64,000 bases of DNA from Candidatus Woesearchaeota archaeon (GCA_038874655.1 JAVZBY010000004.1:11116-75115); one strand, 5' to 3'. Shown: positions 46,748-58,528, counted from the stretch's first letter. Notes: a model not told the origin generated them from the sequence alone. Program-made: numbers and translations.

Positions 46748-48952
46748 ATGAAAAATAAATTTATGAAAACAACATTACTAGGATTATTTTTAATTTTTTT
46801 AGTATTTAGCTTAATAAGTTGTACTGAAATAAATTTAAATAAACCTGGGCAGAATACCAATCAAAATAATAACAATTTAAAATTTGACTCAGGAGAATTA
46901 AAAAAATTCAATTCAAAGCAAGAAATTATTGAATTCCTAAATAAGAATCAAATTGCCAGTTATGGGCTATATGCTACTAATTTTAGAACAGCTACTATGG
47001 AAACAATGGCAAAGTCAACTGATTCTTCAATAATGTCTAGTGTTTCACAAGGGGCTTCTGATTATAGCACTACAAACATACAAATACAAGGTGTTGATGA
47101 AGCTGATTTTATAAAAAACGATAACAAATATATTTATTTAATAAGTGGAAACAAATTAGTTATTATAGATGCTTATCCTGCTGAAAATGCAAAAATTCTC
47201 TCTGAGACATATATAGACGGAAATCCAAGAGAATTATTCTTAAATGGAAACAAACTTATTGTATTTACAGAAACAAATGAAGAAGTTTATACTTTTATGC
47301 AATATGAAATAATTCCAGTGCCTATTTATAAACAAAAAACACATGTTTTAATTTTTGACATTAGTGATAGAGAAAAACCAAAAAAAATTAGAGATTATGA
47401 TGTAAAAGGATATTATCTTACATCAAGAATGATTGATAACTATGTTTACATAATAGCACAAGATTATGTTTATTACTATAATAATTATATTGATATGCCT
47501 GTTATTAGAGAAACAAATTCAAAAATTGCAATAAATCCAAACATATATTATATTGATGAGCCTGACAACAACTATAATTTTAACACAATATTATCAATTG
47601 ACTTAAACAATCTTGATTCTGAAGATAGCATAAAAGCAGAGACATTTATGATGGGTTATTCTAATGTAATATTTGTTAGTGAAAACAACATTTACATATC
47701 ATATATGAAAAATAATCCAATTATATGGGGAAGATGGAATCCTTACTATAATAACTATAATGAATACCTAAAACAAAGATTTTATGATGTAATTGTTCCA
47801 TTATTACCAACAGAAACAAAGGAAAAAATAAAAGAAATAGAAAGCAGCAATTTAAAAGATAATGAAAAATGGGAAAAAATTGCAAATGAAATTGAAGAAA
47901 TGTATAATAAAATGTCAAAATCAGAAAAAACTGAATTTATGGAAAAAGTAGAGGAAGCAATAACACAATATGAATTAAAAAGAGAAGAAGAGTTGAAAAG
48001 AACAATCATTCATAAGATACAAATAAAAGATGGAAATTTAAAATATATAGCAAAAGGTGAAGTAAAAGGATATTTATTAAATCAATTTTCAATGGATGAA
48101 CATAATGAAAATTTAAGAGTTGCAACAACATTTGATGCATGGACATCTGGGAAATCAATTACTTACAATAATATCTATGTATTAAATAAAGATATGAAAG
48201 TAATTGGAAAATTAGAGAAAATTGCTCCTGATGAAAGAATTTATTCAACAAGATTTTTAGGAGATAGATTATACATGGTAACTTTCCAAAGAATTGATCC
48301 ATTTTTTGTAATTGACTTATCAAATCCAGAAAAACCAGAAATCTTAGGTGAATTAAAAATCCCTGGATTTTCAGATTACTTACATCCTTATGATGAAAAT
48401 ACAATAATTGGCTTAGGTAAAGACACAAAAGAAAATGAATGGAATACTATTTCAACTAATGGAATTAAATTAGCATTATTTGATGTTAAAGATGTTAATA
48501 ATCCAAAGCTTATTGACCAATATATAATTGGAAAAGAAGGAACAGACTCAGAAGCATTATACAATCATAAGGCATTTTTATTCAGCAAAGATAAAAACTT
48601 ACTAGTAATTCCAGTAAGAGAAACAAAAGGAAAAGAGATATATGATTCAAGATGGGGTTTTTATAAACAAAAAGTATGGCAAGGTGCTTATGTATTTGAT
48701 ATCACAAAACAAGGATTTAAATTAAAAGGAAAAGTAAGTCATGCTGAAACAGAAGAATACCCCTATTGGTATTATGGCAGTCCAAATGCTATAAAGAGAT
48801 CTTTATTTATGGATGATGTTTTATATACTATCTCTCAGAAAAAAATAGAGATGAATAATTTAGATGACTTAGAAACAATAAATAGTATAACTCTTCCTTA
48901 TTCCGAGGTATATTATCCAAATCCATATAAAGGAGGAGTTGCAATAGAATAA
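46748..48952 (+). CDS. Secreted lipoprotein with beta-propeller domain (Beta_propel-like)
   Basis: SD GGTGA 5 nt before ATG 46748. Lipobox LISC. The GVDEADFIKNDNKYIY block is typical of the secreted beta-propeller family. Confidence 0.5.
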   Translation: MKNKFMKTTLLGLFLIFLVFSLISCTEINLNKPGQNTNQNNNNLKFDSGELKKFNSKQEIIEFLNKNQIASYGLYATNFRTATMETMAKSTDSSIMSSVSQGASDYSTTNIQIQGVDEADFIKNDNKYIYLISGNKLVIIDAYPAENAKILSETYIDGNPRELFLNGNKLIVFTETNEEVYTFMQYEIIPVPIYKQKTHVLIFDISDREKPKKIRDYDVKGYYLTSRMIDNYVYIIAQDYVYYYNNYIDMPVIRETNSKIAINPNIYYIDEPDNNYNFNTILSIDLNNLDSEDSIKAETFMMGYSNVIFVSENNIYISYMKNNPIIWGRWNPYYNNYNEYLKQRFYDVIVPLLPTETKEKIKEIESSNLKDNEKWEKIANEIEEMYNKMSKSEKTEFMEKVEEAITQYELKREEELKRTIIHKIQIKDGNLKYIAKGEVKGYLLNQFSMDEHNENLRVATTFDAWTSGKSITYNNIYVLNKDMKVIGKLEKIAPDERIYSTRFLGDRLYMVTFQRIDPFFVIDLSNPEKPEILGELKIPGFSDYLHPYDENTIIGLGKDTKENEWNTISTNGIKLALFDVKDVNNPKLIDQYIIGKEGTDSEALYNHKAFLFSKDKNLLVIPVRETKGKEIYDSRWGFYKQKVWQGAYVFDITKQGFKLKGKVSHAETEEYPYWYYGSPNAIKRSLFMDDVLYTISQKKIEMNNLDDLETINSITLPYSEVYYPNPYKGGVAIE

Positions 48953-49003
48953 AAATTAAAAAAATAAATAAAAAATTTAAATAAACTTTTTTTTATTTTT
49001 ATT

Positions 49004-49552
49004 ATGAAATTACCAACAAGAGAACAATGTTTACAATTTTATAAAGAATTAGAAACACCAGAAAACATAATAAATCATGTAAAAAAAGTAAATGAAGTTG
49101 CTAATTTTCTCGCACTAAAATTAAAGGAAAAAGGAATAAATATTAACCTAGAATTAGTAGACAGAGCGTCCTTAATTCATGATTTAGATAAGTGGTATAC
49201 CTTAAATCATAAAGAAGTATTACATGGAGATTATACAAAAAAAATTTTAGAGCAAAAAGGTTACCCTGAATTAGGTTTTTATGCAAAACAACATATTATT
49301 GAAGGGGCAATATTGCCTTATAAAACCTGGGAAGAAAAAATAATAGCCTATGCAGATAAAAGAGTTAATGGAGACAAAATTATTTCTTTAAAAGAAAGAT
49401 GGGATTACATAAATAAAAGATATACTGCTATTGATTCTGAAAAAAGAAAATTTGCTGAAAAATTGACTTATGAAATTGAAAAAGAAATTTTTGACATTAT
49501 TAAATTAGATCCTAATAAATTAGAAGAAGAAATAAAAAAAGAAAAAATCTAA
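49004..49552 (+). CDS. HD-domain phosphohydrolase
   Basis: H..V (HVKKV) ... LIHDLDK metal-binding HD motif. Confidence 0.55.
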   Translation: MKLPTREQCLQFYKELETPENIINHVKKVNEVANFLALKLKEKGININLELVDRASLIHDLDKWYTLNHKEVLHGDYTKKILEQKGYPELGFYAKQHIIEGAILPYKTWEEKIIAYADKRVNGDKIISLKERWDYINKRYTAIDSEKRKFAEKLTYEIEKEIFDIIKLDPNKLEEEIKKEKI

Positions 49553-49686
49553 GAATAAAGTAAAATTTGTGTTTTAATTTAATAACAAATAATTTAATAC
49601 TTTTTTGTATAGTAAAATTTATATAATCTAATAAATACATTCTTAATAAAGAATTTTTCAATAGCTATTTTTTGGGGGGTGGAAAA

Positions 49687-49956
49687 ATGAAATGCAATGT
49701 TGGAAAATTTGAAAGAGTATTAAGAATAATAGTTGGGTTAATAATTTTAGGACTTGGTTATAACTATAAAAATGTCTTTGGTTTAATTGGTTTAATTCCA
49801 TTATTAACAGGAATTATCGGTTTTTGCCCAGCATATTTAATATTAAAAAGAGATAAAGAAAAAATAGATAGTAAAAAAGAAAACAAAGAAGAAAAATTTG
49901 AAGATAAAAAAGAATTAAAAAAAACAGAAAAAAAATCAAAAAAAGGTAAAAACTAA
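49687..49956 (+). CDS. DUF2892 (YgaP-like) small membrane protein
   Basis: G.FERVLRI.VGL..LGLG ... GFCPAYL is the family signature. The ATG at 49687 follows SD GGGGGTGG. Confidence 0.5.
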   Translation: MKCNVGKFERVLRIIVGLIILGLGYNYKNVFGLIGLIPLLTGIIGFCPAYLILKRDKEKIDSKKENKEEKFEDKKELKKTEKKSKKGKN

Positions 49957-49971
49957 AAAAAGGTGAAATAA

Positions 49972-50832
49972 ATGTTTTGGTGGATTTTAATAGGAATAAT
50001 TTTTTTCTTAAGTGGAGTAAGAATAGTAAGACCTACTCATAGAGGTGTTATAGAATTTTTAGGAAAATATCATAAATTTGCTGAGCCAGGTTTTCATTGG
50101 ATTATTCCAATAATAATGAAAATGTATCAAGTTAATATCACTGAACAAATGGTTGATGCAGAACCACAAGAAATTATTACTAATGATAATTTAAATGCTA
50201 GAGTTGATGCTCAAGTCTATTTTAGAGTCAAACCCGATGAACAATCTGTAAAAGCTTCTTTATATAATGTTTATGATTATCAAGTACAAATAGTAAGTTT
50301 AGCAAGAACAACATTAAGAAACATAATTGGAACAATGACATTAAAATCTGCTAATAGTGAAAGAGACAAAATTAATTCTGAATTAATGAAAACATTAAAA
50401 GAAGAAACACATAATTGGGGTATTGAAGTTGTTAGAACTGAATTAAAAGAAATAGAGCCACCTAAAGATGTACAAGAAACAATGAATAAGGTTGTTAAAG
50501 CAGAAAACGAAAAAATTGCAGCAAGAGATTATGCATTAGCAGCAGAAACACAAGCAGATGGTTTAAGAAGAGCAAAAATAAAAGAAGCTGAAGGTATTAA
50601 AGAAGCAAAGATATTAGAAGCAGAAGGAGAAGCACAAGCAATAAAATTAGTCAATGAAGCAGCCAACAAATATTTTGTAGGAAATGCACAATTATTAAGA
50701 AGACTAGAAGCTGTTGAAAAAGCATTAGCTAATAATGCAAAAGTAGTAGTTCCAACTGACACAGAGTTAATTAATGTAATCGGTGATTTAGCAGGAGTTC
50801 CTATTGAAGTTAAAAAATCAGAGAAAAAATAA
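49972..50832 (+). CDS. SPFH/band-7 (stomatin/prohibitin-like) membrane protein
   Basis: N-terminal TM helix followed by an SPFH domain and a coiled-coil C-terminus. SD AGGTGA. Confidence 0.8.
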   Translation: MFWWILIGIIFFLSGVRIVRPTHRGVIEFLGKYHKFAEPGFHWIIPIIMKMYQVNITEQMVDAEPQEIITNDNLNARVDAQVYFRVKPDEQSVKASLYNVYDYQVQIVSLARTTLRNIIGTMTLKSANSERDKINSELMKTLKEETHNWGIEVVRTELKEIEPPKDVQETMNKVVKAENEKIAARDYALAAETQADGLRRAKIKEAEGIKEAKILEAEGEAQAIKLVNEAANKYFVGNAQLLRRLEAVEKALANNAKVVVPTDTELINVIGDLAGVPIEVKKSEKK

Positions 50833-50885
50833 GCAAAAATAAAATTTCTTCACTTATTTTTTTAATTTTTTTATTTTTTATGTAA

Positions 50886-51137
50886 TTATTTACTAAATTT
50901 TTCTTTAAAATATTTATTAAAAAAACTTAAATATAATTCTTCCTTTAACTTTATTTCTTTTTTATTCCATGCTTTCATATTCTCTTTATCATATTCTAAA
51001 GCAAATAAAATTATTGTAATAAAAAAAAGAACTAAAACAATAACAAGCAAAAACATTCTATAAAAAAGAGATTCATTCATAGTAAGAAATGTAAGAAAAA
51101 CAGAGAATAAAATAGAACTAATAAAATAAGATTTCAT
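50886..51137 (-). CDS. Small hypothetical membrane protein
   Basis: Two TM helices. ORF only. Confidence 0.3.
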   Translation of the reverse strand: MKSYFISSILFSVFLTFLTMNESLFYRMFLLVIVLVLFFITIILFALEYDKENMKAWNKKEIKLKEELYLSFFNKYFKEKFSK

Positions 51138-51406
51138 AAAAAGTCGTTTTTATAACAAGATTTTAAAAACATTTAAAATAAAATATTTACTAATTTATTC
51201 AATATATATAGGATTATTTAATAAATAGAAATATAAACCTCTTAAATAAAATTCTATAATTAAAAAAGTAAAAGAGAAGTTTCAGTTAAATAATAAATTT
51301 ATAAATAAATAGATTTTATTTAAAAACATATATTGTATATACATAAAAAAAATAAATATATATAAAAATTAAAAATAAAATAATAAAAAAATAAAAGTTG
51401 AGAAAA

Positions 51407-52384
51407 ATGGAAACAAGAAAAATACAAAAAACAGGAATTGCTACTTACATAGTTAGTTTACCAAAAACATGGATTGTAAAAAAAGGTTTAAAAGCCGGTG
51501 ATAAAGTAAATATCATAGAAGAGAAAGATCAAAGTTTAAGGATATGCTTGGATTATAAAGATCCTTTAAAAAAAGAAGTTGAAATAAAATTGAATAAAGA
51601 TATTTCTTTGGAAGAATTTTTAAGAAAATTCACAGCACATTACTTAGATGGCGCAACTAAAATTACTATACTAATTAACGATAAAAAAAACATTTTTAAA
51701 GAAATTACACTAAATCTAAAAAGATTTATGGGGTATGAAATTGTAGAACAAAGCTCATCAAAACTAATAATACAAGACTTCTTTACCTCAGAAAATTTAT
51801 CATTAACTAAAACAATAAGAAGAGAATTTAACATATCAAAAATGGTTATTGAAGAAAGTAGAGGCATTTTAAATAAAGAAATAAATAATTTGAATAATAT
51901 TGAACTTTGGGAAGAAGAAGTTGATAAATTATATCTTTTTTTAAGAAGACAAATAAATTTTGCAATTCATAATAGTAGTATTTTAAAAAATTTTGAAGTA
52001 ACTTTAAAAGAATGTCAAGATTATTTATTATTAATTGATGCTATAGAAAAAATAACAGATTCTTTTTATACAATCTCTCAAAATGCTTTACAAATAGAAG
52101 CAATATCAGAAAAAAGCTTAAAAAGATTAAACACAATTTATGACAGAATTTTAGAATCTTATGAAATTGCATTTTCAAGTATATTTAAAAAAAGTTTCAA
52201 AGATTCAAACACCAATTATGAAAAAATAAAAGAAATACTTAATTACAATATAACTATTCATGAAGAAAACTTAAATGAGAAATCAAAAGAAAATTTATAT
52301 ATGATTCTAGCAAATTTACACACTATAATAAATTATTTAGAGGAAATTGCAGAAATTGGCTTAGGTGTAGATGAAGAAAATTAA
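51407..52384 (+). CDS. AbrB/SpoVT-type N-domain plus PhoU-like helical repeat regulator
   Basis: KIQKTGIATYIVSLPKTWIVKKGLKAGDKV swapped-hairpin motif followed by two PhoU-like helical repeats. ATG 51407 is preferred over the TTG. Confidence 0.5.
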   Translation: METRKIQKTGIATYIVSLPKTWIVKKGLKAGDKVNIIEEKDQSLRICLDYKDPLKKEVEIKLNKDISLEEFLRKFTAHYLDGATKITILINDKKNIFKEITLNLKRFMGYEIVEQSSSKLIIQDFFTSENLSLTKTIRREFNISKMVIEESRGILNKEINNLNNIELWEEEVDKLYLFLRRQINFAIHNSSILKNFEVTLKECQDYLLLIDAIEKITDSFYTISQNALQIEAISEKSLKRLNTIYDRILESYEIAFSSIFKKSFKDSNTNYEKIKEILNYNITIHEENLNEKSKENLYMILANLHTIINYLEEIAEIGLGVDEEN

Positions 52385-52550
52385 GTCTCTTGTTTTTCTT
52401 GGCTTTTTTGGTTTATTATTTTAAAATTTTATTTAAATAGTATGAATTTAGTTTAGTAATTAATTAAAAATTAGTTTATTATTAAATATTAACTTCAAAA
52501 AGAATTTTAAAACTTAAAAATAGAGATAATTAAAATTAAAAACTAGAAAA

Positions 52551-52862
52551 TTATGCATCAACCATTTCAATTTCAATGTTTAATCCATCTGGAATCGGCA
52601 CTCTCATTACTAATCTTAATGCTCTTTCATCAACTCCTAAATCTATTAATCTCTTATGAACTCTCATCTCATATCTTTCCCAAGTTTCTGTTCCCTCACC
52701 ATCAGGACTTTTTCTTGTTGTGACTCTTAATTTTTTTGTTGGCAAGGGTATTGGCCCTTTCATATCAACTCCTGTTTTTTCTGCTATTTCTTTAATACTT
52801 GCACAAACTTGATTTATTTTATCTATATCTGTGCTTGCTAATTTTATTCTTGCTTTCTGCAT
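52551..52862 (-). CDS. rps10: Ribosomal protein S10 (uS10)
   Basis: Typical uS10 sequence. Immediately downstream of the EF-1alpha gene, as in archaea. Confidence 0.9.
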   Translation of the reverse strand: MQKARIKLASTDIDKINQVCASIKEIAEKTGVDMKGPIPLPTKKLRVTTRKSPDGEGTETWERYEMRVHKRLIDLGVDERALRLVMRVPIPDGLNIEIEMVDA

Positions 52863-52941
52863 TTTCCTACCTCATGATAATTTTTAAGTTTACCATGAAA
52901 AAATAAGATAAAAAATAAAAAAATTTATCTTATTCATGGAT

Positions 52942-54234
52942 TTATTTCATTGGTTTTGCAACCAAATCTATACACATACCAGCTGCAACTGTTTGACCTG
53001 AGTCTCTGATTGCAAATCTGGATAATTGTGGTATCTCTTTGAATCTTTCAATTACTAATGGTGTTGTTGGCTTAACTTTTACAATTGCAGCATCTCCATT
53101 TTTAATAAAATCTGGATGCTCTTGTAATGCTTGTCCTGTTCTTGGATCTAATTTTTTAACTATTTCAGTTATTTGACAAGCAACTTGTGCTGTGTGAATA
53201 TGGAACACTGGTGTATAACCTACTGTAATAACTGTTGGATGATTTAATACTATTATTTGTGCTGTAAATTCTGTTGCTACTGTTGGTGGTGTTTCTGGAT
53301 GTCCTACAACATCTCCTCTAGCAATATCTTTTTTACCAATTCCACCTACTGAAAAACCAATATTATCTCCTGGTTCTGCTCTATCCAATTGTTCATGGTG
53401 CATTTCTATTGTTTTACATTCTCCTAAAACACCTTTTCCTTCTCTTCCAGGAACAGCTATTATTTTATCTTTTGGTTTTAAAACACCTGTTTCAACTCTA
53501 CCTACTGGAACAACTCCAATTCCAGTAATGTTATAAACATCTTGGATTGGCAACCTTAATGGCAAATTTATTGGTTTTTCAGGAACTCTGAAATTATCAA
53601 ATGCTTCTACCAATGTTGGACCATTCCACCATGGCATTTTATCTGTTTTTTTAACTACATTATCTCCTTGTAATCCAGAAATTGGAACAAATTGAATGTC
53701 TGTATCTAATTTATAACCAACTGTTTTCAATAATCCTTCTACTTGTGCTTTTACAGATTCAAACTTTGCTTTGTCATAATTAACCATGTCCATCTTGTTA
53801 ATTGCAATAACTAATTGATTAACTCCTAATGTTTTTGCTAAGAAAACATGTTCTTTTGTTTGTGCCATAACACCATCTGTTGCTGCTACAACTAAACAAC
53901 CAACATCTGCTTGTGAAGCTCCTGTAATCATATTTTTAACGAAATCTCTATGACCTGGTGCATCAATTATTGTGAAAAAGTATTTAGGTGTTTCAAATTT
54001 CTTATGTGCTAAATCTATTGTAATACCTCTTTCTCTTTCTTCTTTTAAATTGTCCATAACATATGCAAACTCAAAACCACCTTTTCCTAATGATTCAGCC
54101 AATTCTTTTAATTTTCTCATCTCTTGTTCTGGAATAGCGCCAGAATCATACATTAATCTACCAACTGTTGTTGATTTTCCATGGTCAATGTGACCAATAA
54201 CAACTAAATTCAAATGTTCTTTTCCTTTTGCCAT
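52942..54234 (-). CDS. tuf: Translation elongation factor 1-alpha
   Basis: [17 protein letters not shown] and NKMD GTPase motifs. Full-length EF-1alpha. Confidence 0.95.
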   Translation of the reverse strand: MAKGKEHLNLVVIGHIDHGKSTTVGRLMYDSGAIPEQEMRKLKELAESLGKGGFEFAYVMDNLKEERERGITIDLAHKKFETPKYFFTIIDAPGHRDFVKNMITGASQADVGCLVVAATDGVMAQTKEHVFLAKTLGVNQLVIAINKMDMVNYDKAKFESVKAQVEGLLKTVGYKLDTDIQFVPISGLQGDNVVKKTDKMPWWNGPTLVEAFDNFRVPEKPINLPLRLPIQDVYNITGIGVVPVGRVETGVLKPKDKIIAVPGREGKGVLGECKTIEMHHEQLDRAEPGDNIGFSVGGIGKKDIARGDVVGHPETPPTVATEFTAQIIVLNHPTVITVGYTPVFHIHTAQVACQITEIVKKLDPRTGQALQEHPDFIKNGDAAIVKVKPTTPLVIERFKEIPQLSRFAIRDSGQTVAAGMCIDLVAKPMK

Positions 54235-54342
54235 TTTTTATTCCTCCGTACAAAATAATAAAAATGTTTTTTATAAAATTAATATTTTATTGGAAATAAC
54301 ATCCCTTTATAAGTGTTTCTATGACTATAAAATAAAAAATTT

Positions 54343-56541
54343 TTATTGTGATGTATCTGGAACACCCATATCTTCTTCTTTTAATCCTTTTCTATTTCTA
54401 ATTTGCATGATTATTTTTTGTTGTAATTCTTCTGGCAATTTCTCGAATGTCTGATCTAAAACTGAAAATGTTGCTCTACCTTCTGTTGCACTTCTTAATT
54501 CATTGCTTAAACCAAACATTTCAGCTACTGGCAATTTTCCTTTAATTGTTGTAAATTCATCTTCACTTTCCATTTCTAATAATTGTCCTCTCTTTGATGA
54601 TAATAATTTTGAAATTTCTCCTAAAAATGCTGTTGGTGTATCAAATTGTAATATTTGTATTGGTTCAAACAAAACAGCATTTCCATCAATCATTGCTGCT
54701 CTTATACTATCTCTGACTGCTGGATAAACTTGAGCTGGTCCTCTGTGAATTGAATCTTCGTGCAACACCATGTCTGCTAAAATAACTTTTACACCAATAC
54801 AAGGTTCTTTTGCCAATGGACCTGCTGCCATAACATCTTCAAACATATCCATTATTAATTCAATAACTTCTCCTATATGAACTTGTCCTCTTGTTGCATT
54901 AACTAACATATTTCCCTTAAATATATCTTTTACTTCTCTTGCTTCTTTGCTATCCATTCCTAAATTAGCTAATTTCTCCCATAAATCTTGCATTTTTTTT
55001 CTAATCCTCATTTCTGGAATTTCTCCTGACTTTATTGCTGCTACTATTTTTGGATCCAAAGGCTCAACTTTAAAATAAAATTTATTATGTTTATTTGGAG
55101 ATTTTCCTTCAAATTCTCTTGATGGCTTTAACACAGTTTCTCTATAAACTACAATAGGTGGTGTTGTTCTTACATCTAAACCTTTTTCTGTTTTAATTCT
55201 ATTTTCAATAATCTCCAAATGAAGTTCTCCCATTCCTGACATTAAATGTTCTCCTGTCTCTTCATTAATTTGAATTGTAATGGAAGGATCTTCTTTTGCA
55301 ACTTTTCTTAATACATCAACTAATTTTGGCAAATCACTTGGCTTTGTTGCTTCAATAGCTTTTGTAACAACAGGTTCAAATAAATGTTTTATTTGCTCAA
55401 AAGGTTCTTGTGGTTGTATTGTAACTGTTTCTCCTGCAAAACCATTTTTCAAACCAGCAATTCCTATTATGTTTCCTGCTGGCACTTCATCTACAACCTC
55501 TCTTTTTGGACCATTATATATATAAACTTGTTGTATTCTTGCATTTTCTTTTGCGCCATTACAATAAACTTGTAATCCTCTTTTCATTGTTCCTGAAAAT
55601 AATCTACCTGCACAAATCTCTCCTGCTAATGGATCTACTACTATTTTTGTTATAACAAAAGCAACTTCCCCATTAGGATCACAATTAACTAAAGATTTAC
55701 CAAATTCACTTTCAAGGTCTCCATGCCATATCTTAGGAATTCTGTATTTTTGTGCTTCAATTGGATTTGGTAAATGTCTAACTACTGCATCTAGAACTAC
55801 CTCGTGTAAAGGTGCTCTTTTCTTTAATGCTTTTTGAGCTTCTTGATCATCAGTTTCATAAGCTTTTATTATATCTGAAAAATTAATTCCTTTTTTTTGC
55901 ATATATGGAATACTCATAGCCCAATTATGAAATGCACTTCCAAAACAAACTGAACCATTTTGTACATTAACAAGCCACTTACCCTTAAATTCTGGAGGAC
56001 TAATACTATCAATGAATTTATTTACTCCTGCAATTATTTTTACAAATCTTTCTTGCATTTGTTGTGGATTCAATTTTAACTCTTTTATTAATCTATCAAC
56101 TTTGTTTATAAATAAAATAGGTTTTACTCTCTCTCTTAATGCTTGCCTTAATACTGTTTCTGTTTGCGGCATCATTCCTTCTACAGCACAAACTAAAACA
56201 ATTGTTCCATCTGCAGCTCTCATTGCTCTAGTAACATCACCACCAAAATCAACGTGTCCAGGTGTATCCAATAAATTAACTAAATATTCATCATCATTCA
56301 AAGTATGTACCATACTAACTGCAGAAGTATCTATTGTAATACCTCTCTCTTGCTCATCTTGATGAAAATCTAATACACATAATTTTCCTGCTAAATCTTC
56401 AGAAATCATACCTGCGCCAGAAAGCAAATTATCTGAAAAAGTTGTTTTACCATGATCTATATGTGCACAAATAGCAATATTTCTAATATTTGTTGGTTTA
56501 TTCATAATTTTTTTAACCCTATCAACCATCTTTTCAGCCAT
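54343..56541 (-). CDS. fusA: Translation elongation factor 2
   Basis: AHIDHGKTT, DTPGHVDF, and the diphthamide-loop region HRGPAQ near the C-terminus. Confidence 0.95.
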   Translation of the reverse strand: MAEKMVDRVKKIMNKPTNIRNIAICAHIDHGKTTFSDNLLSGAGMISEDLAGKLCVLDFHQDEQERGITIDTSAVSMVHTLNDDEYLVNLLDTPGHVDFGGDVTRAMRAADGTIVLVCAVEGMMPQTETVLRQALRERVKPILFINKVDRLIKELKLNPQQMQERFVKIIAGVNKFIDSISPPEFKGKWLVNVQNGSVCFGSAFHNWAMSIPYMQKKGINFSDIIKAYETDDQEAQKALKKRAPLHEVVLDAVVRHLPNPIEAQKYRIPKIWHGDLESEFGKSLVNCDPNGEVAFVITKIVVDPLAGEICAGRLFSGTMKRGLQVYCNGAKENARIQQVYIYNGPKREVVDEVPAGNIIGIAGLKNGFAGETVTIQPQEPFEQIKHLFEPVVTKAIEATKPSDLPKLVDVLRKVAKEDPSITIQINEETGEHLMSGMGELHLEIIENRIKTEKGLDVRTTPPIVVYRETVLKPSREFEGKSPNKHNKFYFKVEPLDPKIVAAIKSGEIPEMRIRKKMQDLWEKLANLGMDSKEAREVKDIFKGNMLVNATRGQVHIGEVIELIMDMFEDVMAAGPLAKEPCIGVKVILADMVLHEDSIHRGPAQVYPAVRDSIRAAMIDGNAVLFEPIQILQFDTPTAFLGEISKLLSSKRGQLLEMESEDEFTTIKGKLPVAEMFGLSNELRSATEGRATFSVLDQTFEKLPEELQQKIIMQIRNRKGLKEEDMGVPDTSQ

Positions 56542-56596
56542 AAACTTTCACCTTCATTATTTTTCTTCAAAATTTTTTAAAGCTTGTCTTAAAATC

Positions 56597-57088
56597 TTAA
56601 AAGACATGTATTTCATGTACTGTTTTATAACTATGTAATTCATCATCATTAAACCACAAGGAAATTTCTTTCTTTGCATTTTCAATTGTATCTGAAGCAT
56701 GAATTAAATTCTTAATTGCAATTCCTTTTTTGTCAGCATATTCATAAGAATGATGAGCAAAATCCCCCCTTATTGTTCCAGGCAATGCTTTTCTTGGCTC
56801 TGTTGAACCAACCATTTTTCTAACAACTTCAACTGCATGAATGCCTTCTAAAACCATTGCAATTACTGGGCCTTCTGTAATAAATGCCTCTAATGGCTTA
56901 TAAAAAGGTTTATTTATATGCTCAGAATAATGTTTTTTTGAAAAATCTTCATCAACCCAAACCATTTTCATGCCAACTATCTTTAAACCTGCATTTTCAA
57001 ATCTTGTAATAATATTACCAATTATTCCTCTTTGTACTGCATCTGGCTTTAATAAAACTAAGGTTCTTTCAATTAAACTTTGTGGCAT
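56597..57088 (-). CDS. ndk: Nucleoside diphosphate kinase
   Basis: ERTLVLLKPDAVQRG..NIIHASD. Active-site His in the IHASD block. Confidence 0.9.
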   Translation of the reverse strand: MPQSLIERTLVLLKPDAVQRGIIGNIITRFENAGLKIVGMKMVWVDEDFSKKHYSEHINKPFYKPLEAFITEGPVIAMVLEGIHAVEVVRKMVGSTEPRKALPGTIRGDFAHHSYEYADKKGIAIKNLIHASDTIENAKKEISLWFNDDELHSYKTVHEIHVF

Positions 57089-57172
57089 TTTTTAGCACCT
57101 TTTTTATTTTTTATTAAACATTAGGGTAAGGATATTATTATAAATTTTATTCAAAATTTTATTCCTTTTTTT

Positions 57173-57361
57173 CTAATTTTCCTTTTTAACAGATTTTGAA
57201 TATTCTCTTGTCCACTTTAAATTTCTTGATTTTCTCTCTAGTTTCAACATATTTTTCTCACACTTTGTTGAACAAAAATAAAAAACACGAGCATCTGTTT
57301 TTATATACATTTTACCAGTTCCTTTTTTTATTGTATTACCACAAAAACTGCATTTTACCAT
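57173..57361 (-). CDS. rpl24e: Ribosomal protein L24e
   Basis: MVKCSFCGNTIKKGTGKMY..FCSTKC zinc-binding eL24 sequence. Confidence 0.85.
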   Translation of the reverse strand: MVKCSFCGNTIKKGTGKMYIKTDARVFYFCSTKCEKNMLKLERKSRNLKWTREYSKSVKKEN

Positions 57362-57456
57362 TTTAACAACCTCTATATTTTATAATAATTATAATTTGGA
57401 TAATTCTTTTCGGATGGTTTGTTATATAAGCAAATTAAAGGAAATTAAAGATATAA

Positions 57457-57756
57457 TTATCCTTGACCTCTTCCTGTCTTATTTAGTGGCCTTGCTTCAA
57501 TTTCTGTTTCTCTTAACATTAATATATCACCTATTTGCACTGGCCCTCTAACATTTCTTCTTAAAATTTTATTTGCATCTCTACCTTCTAAAACCTTACA
57601 TCTAACTTGAGTAACATCTCCTCTTGTTCCTGTTCTACCTATTATTTCTTCAACTCTAGCTTGCCATGCTTGACTAAAATTAACTTGACCTTTAACTTCA
57701 AGCTCAGCTTCTTTTTTTTCTTTACTATGCATCTTTTTTAAAGCCATATTAAACAC
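57457..57756 (-). CDS. rps28e: Ribosomal protein S28e, with N-terminal K/E-rich extension
   Basis: [37 protein letters not shown] is the eS28 core. Confidence 0.8.
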   Translation of the reverse strand: MFNMALKKMHSKEKKEAELEVKGQVNFSQAWQARVEEIIGRTGTRGDVTQVRCKVLEGRDANKILRRNVRGPVQIGDILMLRETEIEARPLNKTGRGQG

Positions 57757-57824
57757 CTTTGATTAATTTTTTAAAAATTGATTAACAAATTAATAATTTA
57801 ATTAATAAGACAAAATTAATTATC

Positions 57825-58136
57825 TTAATTTGATTTTAATTCCTTTAATAAATTTGCTGCTTCACCTAACTCTATAATAGCAACACTACTTGTTCCTAAA
57901 GGTAATCCTGCTGCTGCACCTAATTCATCTTTACTTGGAACTTCAACACAAGGAATATTTTTTTCTTTACAAAGTAAAGGAATATGCATTATTATCTCTG
58001 GTGGATTTACATCCTTTGCATAAACAACTAACTTTGCTGATCCTCTTTCTATTGCTTTTGTAACTTCATTTGTACCTTTTTTAATTTTTCCAGTTGTTCT
58101 TGCCAATTCAACTGCTTCATATGCTTTTTCAGACAT
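57825..58136 (-). CDS. rpl7ae: Ribosomal protein L7Ae (K-turn binding)
   Basis: The L7Ae fold sequence [29 protein letters not shown] 4 nt before the second in-frame ATG at 58136. Confidence 0.85.
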   Translation of the reverse strand: MSEKAYEAVELARTTGKIKKGTNEVTKAIERGSAKLVVYAKDVNPPEIIMHIPLLCKEKNIPCVEVPSKDELGAAAGLPLGTSSVAIIELGEAANLLKELKSN

Positions 58137-58528
58137 TTTTTCACCCTCGTTCAAAATTTTTACTTTTATATTTTTTTCTTTTTTTATAAAATTTCATCCA
58201 AATAACTGGTAATCAGAAAGATTACCTTCATTCAGGCATATGCCCTCATAATTCATTAGGTATATTTTTGGAAATAGCTCTCTTTTATAAAGATTTTGAA
58301 TTTTTCGCATTAATGTGTTATCTGCAAAATATTTCGCATTAAAGTAAATTAATTTAAGGTATTAATTAATTTATCTATATTTTAACTTTTTTAAATTTTA
58401 ATAAATTATACCTTATTATTTTTTAAATAATAAAATAGTAAATTAGTAAATAATTAGATAGTAAAAAACATCACCAATTAAATATCAATCTATAATAAAT
58501 TAAAATAAAATCATAAAAATAATAAAAA

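Noticed and set aside
53972-56362. Several short plus-strand ORFs inside EF-1alpha and EF-2 (53972..54193, 54503..54727, 55280..55575, 56012..56362)
   Set aside because: Antisense to highly conserved, unambiguous genes. They have no SD and no motifs.
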